A program made the translations under genes and the position numbers. This document shows positions 11,401 through 23,187 of a stretch of DNA of 64,000 nt, one piece after another (within the stretch, counting starts at the first letter, position 1; the number at the start of each line of letters is the position of its first letter). Source of the stretch: Antedon mediterranea (Eukaryota; Animalia; Echinodermata); the NCBI RefSeq assembly GCF_964355755.1, contig NC_092673.1:31741648-31805647 (forward strand), read 5' to 3'. The notes below the pieces were generated by a model. It searched no databases. It saw only the letters and a program-made list of their open reading frames with translations, and was not told the DNA's origin.

Positions 11401-14400
11401 TTGTTTTCACATTTCCCGTTAGATGATATACCTACGTGTACTGTTATCAGATTCCAGATTGAATACACAATACACTTTTTACCTGAAGCCATGCCTGAGG
11501 TAGGATTATTGTTATGAGGACAGTATTATTTTATGATACAACATTAATGCTTATTTACTGTCTGAGCCACTGTTACTACTGTAAATCTTGCACATTTTAT
11601 TCAGTATAGTACTTGCTTTGTCTTTGCATCTACAAAGTCAATTATCGAATATCATCTTGATTTTTTAGCATACTGTACTAATACAGAACATGCATATTAA
11701 TTTTCAGGAAAATTGATAATTGCTGACTTCATAAAAGCTTGTTATATATTAGTCAAGTTATGTGTATCTTCAAGTATCTAGCAAGCCCTATGTCGCTTTG
11801 CATTTGTATTTTGTTCAGTTCCTTAATTTGTTTATTTTAATTAATTTGAAATATCTAATTATATAGAATTTCACAATTTGTGGTATGGATTTGTTTGCCA
11901 ATTTCCTGTTTGATGAGGTACTTGAACTACTTGATTTCCATTACAAAGGTATGTGAACTTTGACCTTTAAGGTACATTCACACTTTCGTTTCATGGAACT
12001 GAAGATACTGTTATCACATGTGATCAGATGTTATCATGCAACAATTTATTTTCAGCTAAAGAGGGTTGCCAGCTTTTCCATTTTATGCCTCGATTTGCCA
12101 GATCACTTCCCAACAATGGCAAAGAGATCCTATCTATGCACCATGTGATGCAGGCGCTTCTACGTAAAGGTCACAGCTTCATGGACGTCCTGGAGGAGAT
12201 GAAATGGCAGCAGTACGATGACATTGATTGGCAGAGTTTTGCGGAAGACATGAAGAATTCAATCTTAACATTTCCTGGCAAGGTAACATACAATTTTAAT
12301 TTGTCATTTTAATACTTGTAAATTGCTATACCTAGAGGTTAGAGGTCATTGAATTTTAGGATTTCATTTTAGAACTCCCATCTCAAAAAAATGTTTACAG
12401 ATCTGGAACTTTTTTCTGGCGGGGTAACTATTCAATTTTAGGTTTTTGTTTCATTTCACATGTTATAGATAACAAAAAGTCTTTCCTTACAAAATTTTGT
12501 ACAGGCAGAAATTAAGTTGATTTTCTATAATTTGTTTAGCTAAATTTGTTTGTTACTTCTTGTTGCAGAAGCCTAGTTCTATCCGTGTCGACCAGATAGA
12601 CAGAGAAGAAGAAGAAATGGACCAGCCTCAACCATTTCCTACCATAGTTCACTTTGGAGTGCGACCTATTCAACTAACATACGCTGGCGACCATCAGTAC
12701 GGCAAATATAGCTTTTTTCTAATTTATATTAATAGTTATGTTAGGAGTTAGGACATTTACTATCATAAAAAAGACCTGAGTTCAATTCCTGATAACAACT
12801 CCTGTTCCACACAGTTGTCAATGAGTGTCTTGTTAGAAATACTAGAGGGGAACGTTGAGGAAGGAACTGCCCACCTTACCACATAATACAAAGGTTTAGT
12901 ACAATGAGCTCCTAACAGCTAACTCCTTTACGTTTAAAATGAATATGAGACTTACTTTTTAATAGTCGTGTTAAGTAGCAGATGTTTGTTTTTTTTTCTG
13001 TTCTAACAACTTTTTTTTTACATTTAGATATCAAAAGTTGTTCAAGTCTATCTTAAAGCTACAGCATCTCATTTCAAATAAACCTAAAGTAACAGCAGCT
13101 GACCGACGAAAGCTTACAGAGCGATCGGAACAACTACAGGCCATACGTCTTTCAAAGAACATGTCTCGTGAGGTTACGGCAGAACTGAACTGTGAGGGCG
13201 CCTATGTGACTGGCCTAAAATCTGATATATGTCAGGTATGATATGCAGATTAAGGTCTCACTTGGAGTTATGTTAAAATTCATTTTTAATTTATTACATT
13301 GTTAATAAATCTTTTCTTTTTTCCCAGCATGCCTTAATGCTTCCTGTTTTGGTGGACCATATACGATACTTTACTTGTCTTCATAATTTGGAGAAATCTA
13401 TTGGTTATGTATTTACAGATAAAGTTCTACTGAAGGTATCGCTCTTTCTTTTTATTTGATTATGACTAATATTAAAAGGCAAAGAAAAGGTACTCTACAC
13501 TCTTTTTGTGTAAATTTACTTAGAAATCTAAAGCAGTATTTATATGAATAAAATTTGTTTGATTTTTCCCAGCATGCTATGACTCATCCGTCGTTCGGCC
13601 AAGGTTACGGCATGAACCCAGATCACGTCAGAAACTCGCTTTACAACTGCGGCATGCGGCACCCGGACTATGGGGATGAAAAAGGCAAACAAGAAATGTA
13701 CAACCGCAAGAAAGGAATCAACATACTCATAAACACGATGTCAAAAATGGCGCAGGATGATGAAACGCCCTCTCACATCCATCATTACGAACGGCTAGAA
13801 TTTCTAGGTGATGCCGTTGTAGAGTTTATCACCAGCACGCATTTGTACTTGTTGTTTCCAGATATTGAAGAAGGAGGGCTGGCAACGTTTCGTCAAGCTA
13901 TTGTGCAGAATCAACATCTTGCTGTTTTAGCCAAGGTTTGTACATAATGGTTTTTCTTAAAGTTTTTTTTTTTTAAATTAATTATTTTTCATTGACAGTG
14001 TCAATCATCACCAATCTACAAAATCGTCTTTGTTGTATTCATGTATATTTGTTTAAAGAGGTACAGTGTAGAGTTATGATAATTCATAGGCTATTACACT
14101 GTTTTTTGTGTCACTTTTTATACTTTAAAACTTAAATAAATAAAAAAGATGCTTTCTAACAAATACTCAATACATTTGAGATGTTTTATAAATCTACCTT
14201 GATTTATAATTAAATTAATACATTGTTATTTTTCAGAAATTGAAGTTAGACCACTACCTACTCTACGCACATGGACCTGATCTTTGCCGTAAATCTGACC
14301 TTCGACACGCCATGGCTAACTGCTTTGAAGCGTTGATGGGTGCTATGTATCTTGAATCGGGCCTTGAATATGTCAATAAAACGTTCTCAAGTGTTCTCTT

Positions 14401-17400
14401 CAATAAACAAGTGCTAAGAGATATCTGGAATGGATGCCCTAGACATCCTCTGCAGGTGAGATCTAGCCGTGCATACAGTATGATTTTAAGGTTATTGGAA
14501 AAGTGTATGGCACAGCCCCTCTTTTGAGATACCTTTACTCGGGGAATACCCCCATTAAGGGGACACTTTCCCATCAAAATATGTTTTAACACAAAAGTGA
14601 AATATAGGTTTTAACACTACGACCAACCCTTTGTTGGGTCCTGAAGGTGTCCACTTAATACAGGTTCTAGTGTTACATAGTACTATAGTAAATTTAACTT
14701 AGATTTGGTTTATTTGTAGATTGAATGTCCTGATGGTGACCGTCACATGATAGAATCATATCCAGTCCTTCAGGTAAATATAAACAATATTAGACTTGCC
14801 AATAATAATGTTTACAACAAGCCGACAGTCAAATCAACCGGTGGAGTCTGTTGGTTTTAATGATTAGAATAATTATGATACCTTTTAAATATTTGAATGA
14901 ATGATCCAAATTTCCATTTGTTTCAGAAATTAAACCAGTTAGAAGATTCAACTGGTATTTATTTCAAGAATATTCGTCTTCTGGCTCGAGCATTTACGCA
15001 AAGAACTGTGGGATACAACAACCTTACAAGGTAAAATAAGTATGTCCGGTAGTTCTTTATATACAGTATATTATACTGTAGTTAAGTATCTTGACAAACA
15101 AAAATGAATTTAGAACACCCCATTTCAGAATGGTATAGTCCACAGATGACCAACTACAATAACAGTCCATCTATAAAGATAATGAACCACACTCTTCATA
15201 AAAACAGTTTTATTGTTTTAGTTCATCATCAATTGTTTTAATTATCAGTAGTAGTTATTACTAAATATTTTAATACATTCATATTACAGAGGCCATAATC
15301 AACGCATGGAGTTTCTTGGTGATTCAGTCTTACAAATTATCACGTCATGTTACCTGTACAGGCATTTCCCAGACCATCATGAAGGACACTTATCGGTAAG
15401 TTGGTATTGACATTTTATAAATAAAAAATATAACATTACAAAGATAGACATTATTTAAAAGCTGAAGTATGATGTGTATCTACCATTCAAATTATTTTAT
15501 TACAACAACAAAATTATAATAATTACTCTAGTAGCTACAAAAAAAAAACAGCATTACAAAGAAATTATTTATTGAAGTATGGTGTATCTACCAGTTAAAT
15601 TATTTCATTACAAACAGCACAATTATAATAATAGAAGTTGTTGCTGGAATCAATAGCATTTTAAAATATGCCTTTAGTAAATATATTTTGATTATTAATA
15701 TATTAAACCTTTTTCATTTTAAGCTTCTTCGAAGTTCTCTAGTAAACAACCGAACACAAGCAACAGTTGCACGAGAGCTAGGCCTAGATAATTACATAAT
15801 TGATGTTGATACTCGTAGTAAAAAACCTGGACCGCAGCCTACGAAGACAATAGCGGATTTACTGGAAGGTATGTATGAAACGGTATGTGGATTGGTGGTT
15901 ATGATGCTTGACTACCAATCTAAGGGTCCTGGGTCCAAGTCCTGTCCTATGTCATGGTTTTTTCTCATGAAAATTTGCAATTTCACACTTGTAATAAGTC
16001 TTTGTTTATGTAGAGCATCTTTTGTATGTTTGTTGTGTGAACAGGAGAGCCACCTTTGAGAGAAGGACAGTGATTGAGTTCACTTGTGGTTATCCTTGGC
16101 AATTTGCCTAAAGTTAAATAAAATATTTAAAAAAATAAAATAAAAAAAACGGTACATGGATAAACCATTGGTATCTTATCACCGTTTGTTCATGATGATG
16201 TTTTATATTGACTTTGTTGAATCGACTATAATGTATTTTATCCGTTTATTTTATATTGACACTGTTGATTCGTCTATTTGTTATTTAAATATTTTTATAT
16301 AGTTTATTATATATCATTGTTGTTACTTTGGGAGTACGGAACCTGAACTCTTGTTATAGTGATTAGGTTCATTTTTAGGTTCCTGCCTACTCCCTTAGTT
16401 TCTGTGTTTTTGTTTGTTTGTAACTGGTTTTTGGCAATAAATAATAATAATAATAATAATGATTGTTTATGTTGTTTTTGTTGGCAATAAAGTAAAGTAA
16501 AAAAAATGTATAAAACATAGCATCCAATGGTTGAATTGTGAATTATATTTACAACATTACAATAAAAGAATTCATAAAATGGATCAGAATTTCTTTCATT
16601 AATTTATACCTAATCATTTTATTTAAACAGCTTTTCTTGGTGCTCTGTATGTTGACCGTGGACTGGAATTTGTCCAAGTTTTTTGTGATGTCTGTTTCTT
16701 CCCAAGACTAAGTGTAAGTTGCATGCTGAAAAGAAGTAAACAATAGACTAACTGCAGATATGCAATACATTGCCATGATTAATTTATTTTGGTATTGTTT
16801 GAAAAATAGTCATATTCTAATTTGAATATGGCTTAATAACATTGTGTGCTCAATAAACATAATACATAATTGATAATCAGAATCGGCCAACCTAGCCTTC
16901 CTTCAAGTTTTGCTTGGCCAACAAATCAAGTTTTTTTAGGCTGGCAATAAGAGTGTGATAGGTATACTTTAAGTTCTGTCTACACTAACAAACTTTATTG
17001 ACAAATAATGTGATGTGCCCATATATGGACATGATGATGTCAGCACTACTATATATGGGCATATCACTACCATAATTGGGCACTTTTTTTGTCCAACTAG
17101 ATAGTGTAGACAGAGCTTAAGATAACTTTTATAAGATTGCCATTAAACATGTGACTTGATTTATATTGTATATGTCATATATTTATTTTTATCATCAACT
17201 AGGAATTTATCAGAAGTCAGGATTGGAACGATTCAAAGTCACAACTTCAACAATGTTGTTTGACATTAAGACAAGAAAACAAAGAACCGGAATTACCTAC
17301 CTATAAGTGAGTCTACATGTTTTGTACAATATAACATTACATACTGTATAACATTATAGAGAAACTAGACATTAATTCATTAGTTTATAAACAGTAATAA

Positions 17401-18633
17401 TGTATGCTATTTGTGATGTTAGGGAGAAATGCCAGGTCAATTTTGATATATATATATGTTTTGAAATAGCAGTTTTTAGTCCTCACTCGCTTTGATGTTT
17501 ATACGCTAGCCCTACATACAGTATCTGCGCTTTGTTTAAATTTTTCTTGGATTATATACTGTATAACATTATTATATAGAGGTATTACATTGTATCAATA
17601 TAACATTGTTGTTTTCATGTGACAGGGTTATTCAACAGACTGGTCCAACAAACACTAGGCGATATACTGTTGCTGTATATTTTAGAAACAAACGAATTGG
17701 AACAGGAACAGCATCAAAGTAAGCATTTAACTTTAAAGACAGTTTAGATGATTACCCAAAAAAGATTGCTAAATAATTGAAAAAGTTAAAGAGTAAACAC
17801 AATGTAATTACTGGAGTAACTGCAGTAGCATGATCCCTAATTGTATGTACCGGTATTCATTATAACATTGCTAAAAAAACAATTCATAAACTCATAAACA
17901 ATGCTCTTCTACAGCTAGTTTCAATCCCTCCCACTGTGTGAACTTGCCATTGTTTCTGGCTTTCACACCAGTCCCACCCTTTCCACTTATATTCCAAGTT
18001 TCCTGGACTTTCTGCATTCTCACTCCTGAGGACCATCAAAGCATATTGATTGAAACGTCTTTTCAGAACTAATATATGTGGTGTTGTACTACAAACTTAT
18101 ATCGACATTTATTGTTATTATTAGTGTTCAAGATGCACAGATGGCTGCTGCAAAAAATGCCCTGGAAACTTGTAAGTTGAGATTTTTTAAAGTATTTTGT
18201 TACAAAAAAAGGCACAATACACATACGTAGTAAATTCATCATGTTTGTAGTATACAAACTTATGATATTTATCTATAGGCTATTAACTTAGCAGACAACT
18301 GAAATAATAGACCAAACATCAATCAATCAATATAATAAGATTGTATTTTTTTTTACAATAAACTTAAATTATAAGTGATGATTTCTCTTTCTTTTTTTAG
18401 ATGACTTTCCACAACTTCAGCATCAGAAACATCTTCTGGGAAAGGTTCATCCAGATCAAAATGAAAGGCAAGAAACATCACAAGGAAGGATTAAAGACAA
18501 AATGAGGAAAGATAGAAGAGAAGGAAGGAATAGAGACAGAAGGAAAAACGACAGAAGAGACAATGAAAGCTGCTATAGAGAAAGAGAAGCAGAAAGAACG
18601 TTTAAAAGAAGACGGATGGATTCACCATGGTAG
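8468..18633 (+). CDS. DROSHA: Ribonuclease III Drosha, 23 coding exons, ~1302 aa
   Basis: Exons joined by hand with GT-AG and consistent phase: 8468-8518, 8837-9582, 9910-10090, 10256-10403, 10547-10698, 10799-10966, 11341-11499, 11867-11948, 12056-12282, 12569-12696, 13028-13235, 13328-13435, 13573-13935, 14237-14455, 14720-14773, 14927-15030, 15290-15395, 15724-15868, 16631-16713, 17203-17306, 17626-17718, 18125-18171, 18401-18633 (3909 nt). Motifs: RS-rich N-terminus, [22 protein letters not shown], RIIIa [13 protein letters not shown], RIIIb [15 protein letters not shown], ds[15 protein letters not shown]. Exon 1 and the ATG are less certain than the rest. Confidence 0.96.
9733..9858. mobile_element. 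Small palindromic Tourist-like MITE in Drosha intron 2 (partial copy at ~9605-9691)
   Basis: TGTCTACACTATCAAACT...AGTTTGATAGTGTAGACA with an internal 21-bp stem; TTA/TAA flanks. Confidence 0.7.
15883..16120 (+). mobile_element. Degenerate tRNA-derived SINE in Drosha intron 18
   Basis: tRNA-like head GTGGATTGGTGGTTATGATGCTTGACTACCAATCTAAGGGTCCTGGGTCCAAGTCCT (A/B-box-like) followed by an A-rich tail. Confidence 0.45.
16972..17117. mobile_element. Second copy of the palindromic Tourist-like MITE, Drosha intron 19
   Basis: AGTTCTGTCTACACTA...TAGTGTAGACAGAGCT with the same core (GTGATGTGCCCATATATGGACATGATGATGTCA); TTA/TAA flanks. Confidence 0.75.
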
Positions 18634-19394
18634 AAAATGAATAAAAGTAGTACAGTGCATAGTTTAATAAATGACAATCTATTTATAAAATTGTTTTACA
18701 GTGGCACCACGTTGAGTGTGAAAAGCAGAGGTTTTGTTAATTCTTTTGTCAACAGGTGGAAAATACAGTACTGTAAAAATGTGTTACCACACCTCTACAG
18801 AATATTCCCTGGAAAAGACTTAGTTCAATCTAGGTTAAAAAACGTTGTAGTACTTTTGTCAAATACTCTCCGTATAATGATAATAAAGGCAATTCATTGT
18901 GAAGCAAGGAAAGCAGACTTTAGGATGTATAATTTGTGCTATACTTTATACTTCACTTTTAGGCCATTATTTACTCTGCTCTTTGTTGTTATATTCCATA
19001 TTGTACAGTAAATAGTGCTTTAAATTCCCAATAAAAAAACATGAATATTATTTAGTAAATCAAGTATTGTAACATGAAATTAGGCAAGTACTGTACAGTA
19101 CTGCGAAATATTGTTTACAAATAAATATTTATGTATGCATAATATTTAAAATAATATAAAGGCAACGCGCCTACTATATGACGTCACTAAATTCACGTCA
19201 CATGCGAGGTATATTCAGAGCGTCATTTCGACGATCGAGCATTCTCTACTTCTACGGAGCGCCATTTATGCCTTTATTTACTTACGAAATAGAAATAGTA
19301 CTTCGGTAGCTGCTCCAGTGGACCAAATTTAGCACTAGTGGAGCGCAGTGATATAAAATAGAAATAAGTCACTAATTTTAATATCTTAACAAAT

Positions 19395-20293
19395 TCTATG
19401 TTTATTAGGCCAGTAAATGAACATGACATTAAGAAATATATTGATAATCTAGATATAAGTAAGTCACCTGGTAATGATGGAATTGGTGCTCCTTATATTA
19501 AACCATTTTTGCAATGCCAACAATACCGATTAAACATATTGTTAATATATCATTGACAACTGGTTGCTTTCCAGATGAATTAAAGATTGCCAGAACTGTG
19601 CCTATATTTAAGGGTGGCGATGAAAATGACATAAAAAATTATAGACCTGTTTCAGTCTTGCCTTGTATTTCTAAAATTTATGACAAAGAAGACCAAGTTT
19701 ATCGAATTTAGAAGCATGTATAAGAAAAAAGATACCAATAACTAATGATTAATGATGTTGAAATTGAAAGAGTTAGTAAAATTAAGTTCTTAGGTGTCAT
19801 TCTTGATGAGTTTGTAACATTCCATGATCACATAGATATCATTACTATGAAAATTGCAAGGGTCATTGGTGTAATGAACAAACTTAAATATATTGTTCAA
19901 TCAGATGTTTTGTTAATAATGTACAACTCGTTAATTTTACCTCACCTAATATATGCAATAACTATTTGGGGAGTTGCGGGGGCAACAAAGCTACAGAGAA
20001 TACATATACTTCAAAAACGAGCGATCAGAATTATATGTAAAGTGCATTATCAGCATCCATCAGCAAATTTATTCTATAACAAAAACCTATTGAATATTTT
20101 TGACTTGTATGACAAGTACACTGCTGTATTTATGAGTAATTTCCGTATTCCTCTAAAAAGAACAAATATAGGACAAAGAAGTATATACAGTATTTGGAAC
20201 CGTTTACCTGAAAACATAAAGTGTGAAACTAAAATCGGAAAATTTAAAAAGGAAATACAACAACTATTAATAAATAAATACTCACTCATGTAG
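19395..20293 (+). mobile_element. Deleted non-LTR retrotransposon fragment (CR1/L2 group RT)
   Basis: KSPGNDGI..FPDELKIARTVPIFKGGD..NYRPVSVLP joined to the C-terminal KFLGVILD..YNSLILPHLIYAITIWG. The catalytic RT core is absent. Confidence 0.85.
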
Positions 20294-21675
20294 AGTTCAC
20301 TTTTGTTACTTTTACTTTTTATTTCTATTTGTACTTTTATTGTTTTATTTGCTAATTAGATATCTGTATTATAGGGTAATGCGCTTAAGAGCTTCAGCTC
20401 ATTGCATATCCGTTTTGTATCAAATAAGTTTATAGAAATATTCTTGTGAAAGAAATACTGTATTATTTTGTTGTTGATACAAATAAATGGTACGTATATA
20501 TATTTAAGTCCGAAACAAAAGGATGGAAGAACTATTGTACGGAAAACCCGAACAGATCTGTTTTGTACGATATGATATTGTGTAAGGTGATATGTATTAA
20601 ATTGCAAGATTAAACAAATATTTTATTTTTGTTCTGTATTATATTATTTTTTTGGTTGTTCAAAAAACACAAAATTATGCCAGATTATGCTAAAAACGGC
20701 TAAATAATGCCAAAAAGCATAATAATGCCAGAAATGGCAACTATGGTCTCAGTGCCCGACTAAAAATAAAGTTGTCTTTGGCTGCGGGTTCCTGTCCGCT
20801 GGATGTTGATTGATTTTGGCCACATGTTTTCATTCCTGTGTGTTTTCTAATAGGGACATGTTTCATAGCTTCTTTCCAATCATTTGTTTCTTTCATTGCT
20901 GATAGTATCTTAATTACTTGATCTAAAGTCAGAGACTTATGCCCACCACTTCCCCACTTTAAGTAGTAATCAATTGGTAATCGTACATGAGAAACATTTA
21001 ATCTTTTTGCAATACCTAAAGACAATCCTTTTTGTATTTGAGTTGCATCAACAAAAGCACCAATAACGTACGTCTTAGTGTCATCAAATGTGCGCATTAT
21101 GTTTGGTGAATCTGGCGACAGATAAATAATGTTCTCTTTTGGAAATTTTTCCAGTAAAGATTGTGAACTCATTGTCACCATCATCTTATTGTATGCGTCC
21201 TTTGTTGTTGTACGCACAAATTCTTTATGCGATAGTGAACCCTCTAGGTGGTTAACAAAGTGTATGTGAAAAGACTCCTTAGCTTTCTTATTTGCATGTA
21301 TTACATAACCATTTGCATACTTAGGGCGATAGCATCTCTTCGTTGCATATACTGGTCATAGCAAAAATCAAACACAACATTCTGACCAAATTTCATTCCT
21401 TGAGACAGTTTCCAATTATCAGACTCCAAAATACGTTGATTCCTTTTGAGAAACAACGTATTTGCTAATGGTGTTTCATACTCCTTACCCTTACCAAAGG
21501 AGAATGCTTAAATAGCCTTCGCTAACCATTCACTAGGCATTCGAATGCTAATTTACAGGTAATTTTTAGAATTTAGGCATTCATGGTTAAAACCACTTAA
21601 TCGGAATGCTAAGAAAAGTTTCCAAGCATTCTTTAGGAATGCTTACAAGAGTCAATAAGCATTCAGAAGCTATCC

Positions 21676-21990
21676 CGAATGGTAGTGTGAATGCTAAGTT
21701 CATTGGTAGCATTCAGGGAGATATTTTGAATGGTAGTGTGAATGCTAAGATCATTGGTAGCATTCAGGAAGAGATTTTGAATGGTAGTGTGAATGCCAAG
21801 ATCATTGGTAGCATTCAGGGAGATATTCTGAATGGTATTGTGAATGCTAAGAACATTGGTAGCATTCAGGGAGATATTTTGAATGGTAGTGTGAATGCTA
21901 AGAACATTGGTAGCATTCAGGGAGATATGTTGAATGGTAGTGTGAATGCTAAGATCATTGGTAGCATTCAGGAAGAGATTTTGAATGGTA
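21676..21990. repeat. 51-bp minisatellite, ~6 units
   Basis: Unit AATGGTAGTGTGAATGCTAAGATCATTGGTAGCATTCAGGGAGATATTTTG. Confidence 0.95.
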
Positions 21991-22800
21991 AACAGGGAAA
22001 TAATTGAATGCTCAACCAATCAGATCAATCCTCACCAACTGCCAAAAAAACAACCACCAATTCAAATTCAAGAGACCAAATGGCTAGAAAAAGGCTGAGT
22101 TGAGTGAGTGAGGATGCCTACAGTAGACTGCAGCCTTCCTTCTTTTTACAGCTTACCTGCTGGCAAACCTGACACAGATTTTGCTGATATAAAAGGTATT
22201 GTAGCTAGTTGCTATACTTGTTCTTTTATCATTCTGTATTTGGCTACTAACTAGCTAGGCCTAATAATAATAGGAGGATCAGTATAGCCACACACAGCCT
22301 ACTAAGTTGAGTTCAGCAGAGAGGGACCAGGGCTAGGCTACAGTAGATAGTGAGTGGTTTGGGATTCAGTGGTGGTGATACTATCAAAAAGTCCTATCAA
22401 AAGTCGAATCCCCTAAGTCACTCCCTGGTTATATTGTGTAGCTGGCCTAGGCTAGTTATAGTATACTCTAGAACCACATTGTATCACTTATCAAAAAGAA
22501 GGGCTAACTAAACTATAAAAGCAATTTTAAATAAAAGCGGTTTTCACTCCATCGTTTATTTTATTATAAGACAATGGGATGATGGAGGCATTTTTATGCA
22601 ATGGCAGATTATTTCCTTAATTCCAATATTTGAAATGAATAAAAACAGTAACACAACATGTATTTATTTTAAAAAGGGTAAATATTAAATAAAATCCTTT
22701 TTATTAAACCTGAATGATACTAATATAATAGTCCTTCTACAGACTAGAGAATATAGTGCATAATTCAGTTTTATCTGCTATATACTGACTGTTCATAAAG

Positions 22801-23187
22801 GAACATAGAAAACAAAATAAAGAGTCCAACAGGAATGCATTGGACAAATCATCTGTTGATGCCATTAGAGGTATTTAACTATAAATTTTAAACCTATTTT
22901 AACATGTTCATGTCTTATAAACATGCCTTCAATGATCAATTAAATATGAGGGAAAATTGAATCCCACCATTTCTCTTTGTTTTAATTGCTTAATCATTCT
23001 TTTTATCTTTAATTTCTTTTCACAGGGTGTCGGTTTTTTATTTCATTAACATATTTCAATATTTTTTTTTGCAGAGTATATCAAGGTCGTGGCAGTAAAA
23101 AATGATTGGACTCCTGTTAGCCTGGTAGAATTTAACAAGAAGTTTGTGTCTAAATGCACCAATGCACGCAGGAGTCTATATAAATAG
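22801..23187 (+). pseudogene. Two-exon remnant resembling a BEN-domain C-terminus inside the CACTA-like element
   Basis: Exons ~22801-22870 and 23075-23187 join in phase via GT-AG: ..SNRNALDKSSVDAIREYIKVVAVKNDWTPVSLVEFNKKFVSKCTNARRSLYK*. Confidence 0.55.

Noticed and set aside
18637-19011. 124-aa ORF right after the Drosha stop (possible readthrough)
   Set aside because: It has no motif and is AT-rich 3' UTR-like sequence with poly(A) signals; nothing supports translation.
21606-22019. 133-aa and 118-aa repeat ORFs; CRISPR-like look of the hairpin array
   Set aside because: The ORFs are products of a 51-bp minisatellite. There are no unique spacers and no cas genes, and the context is eukaryotic.
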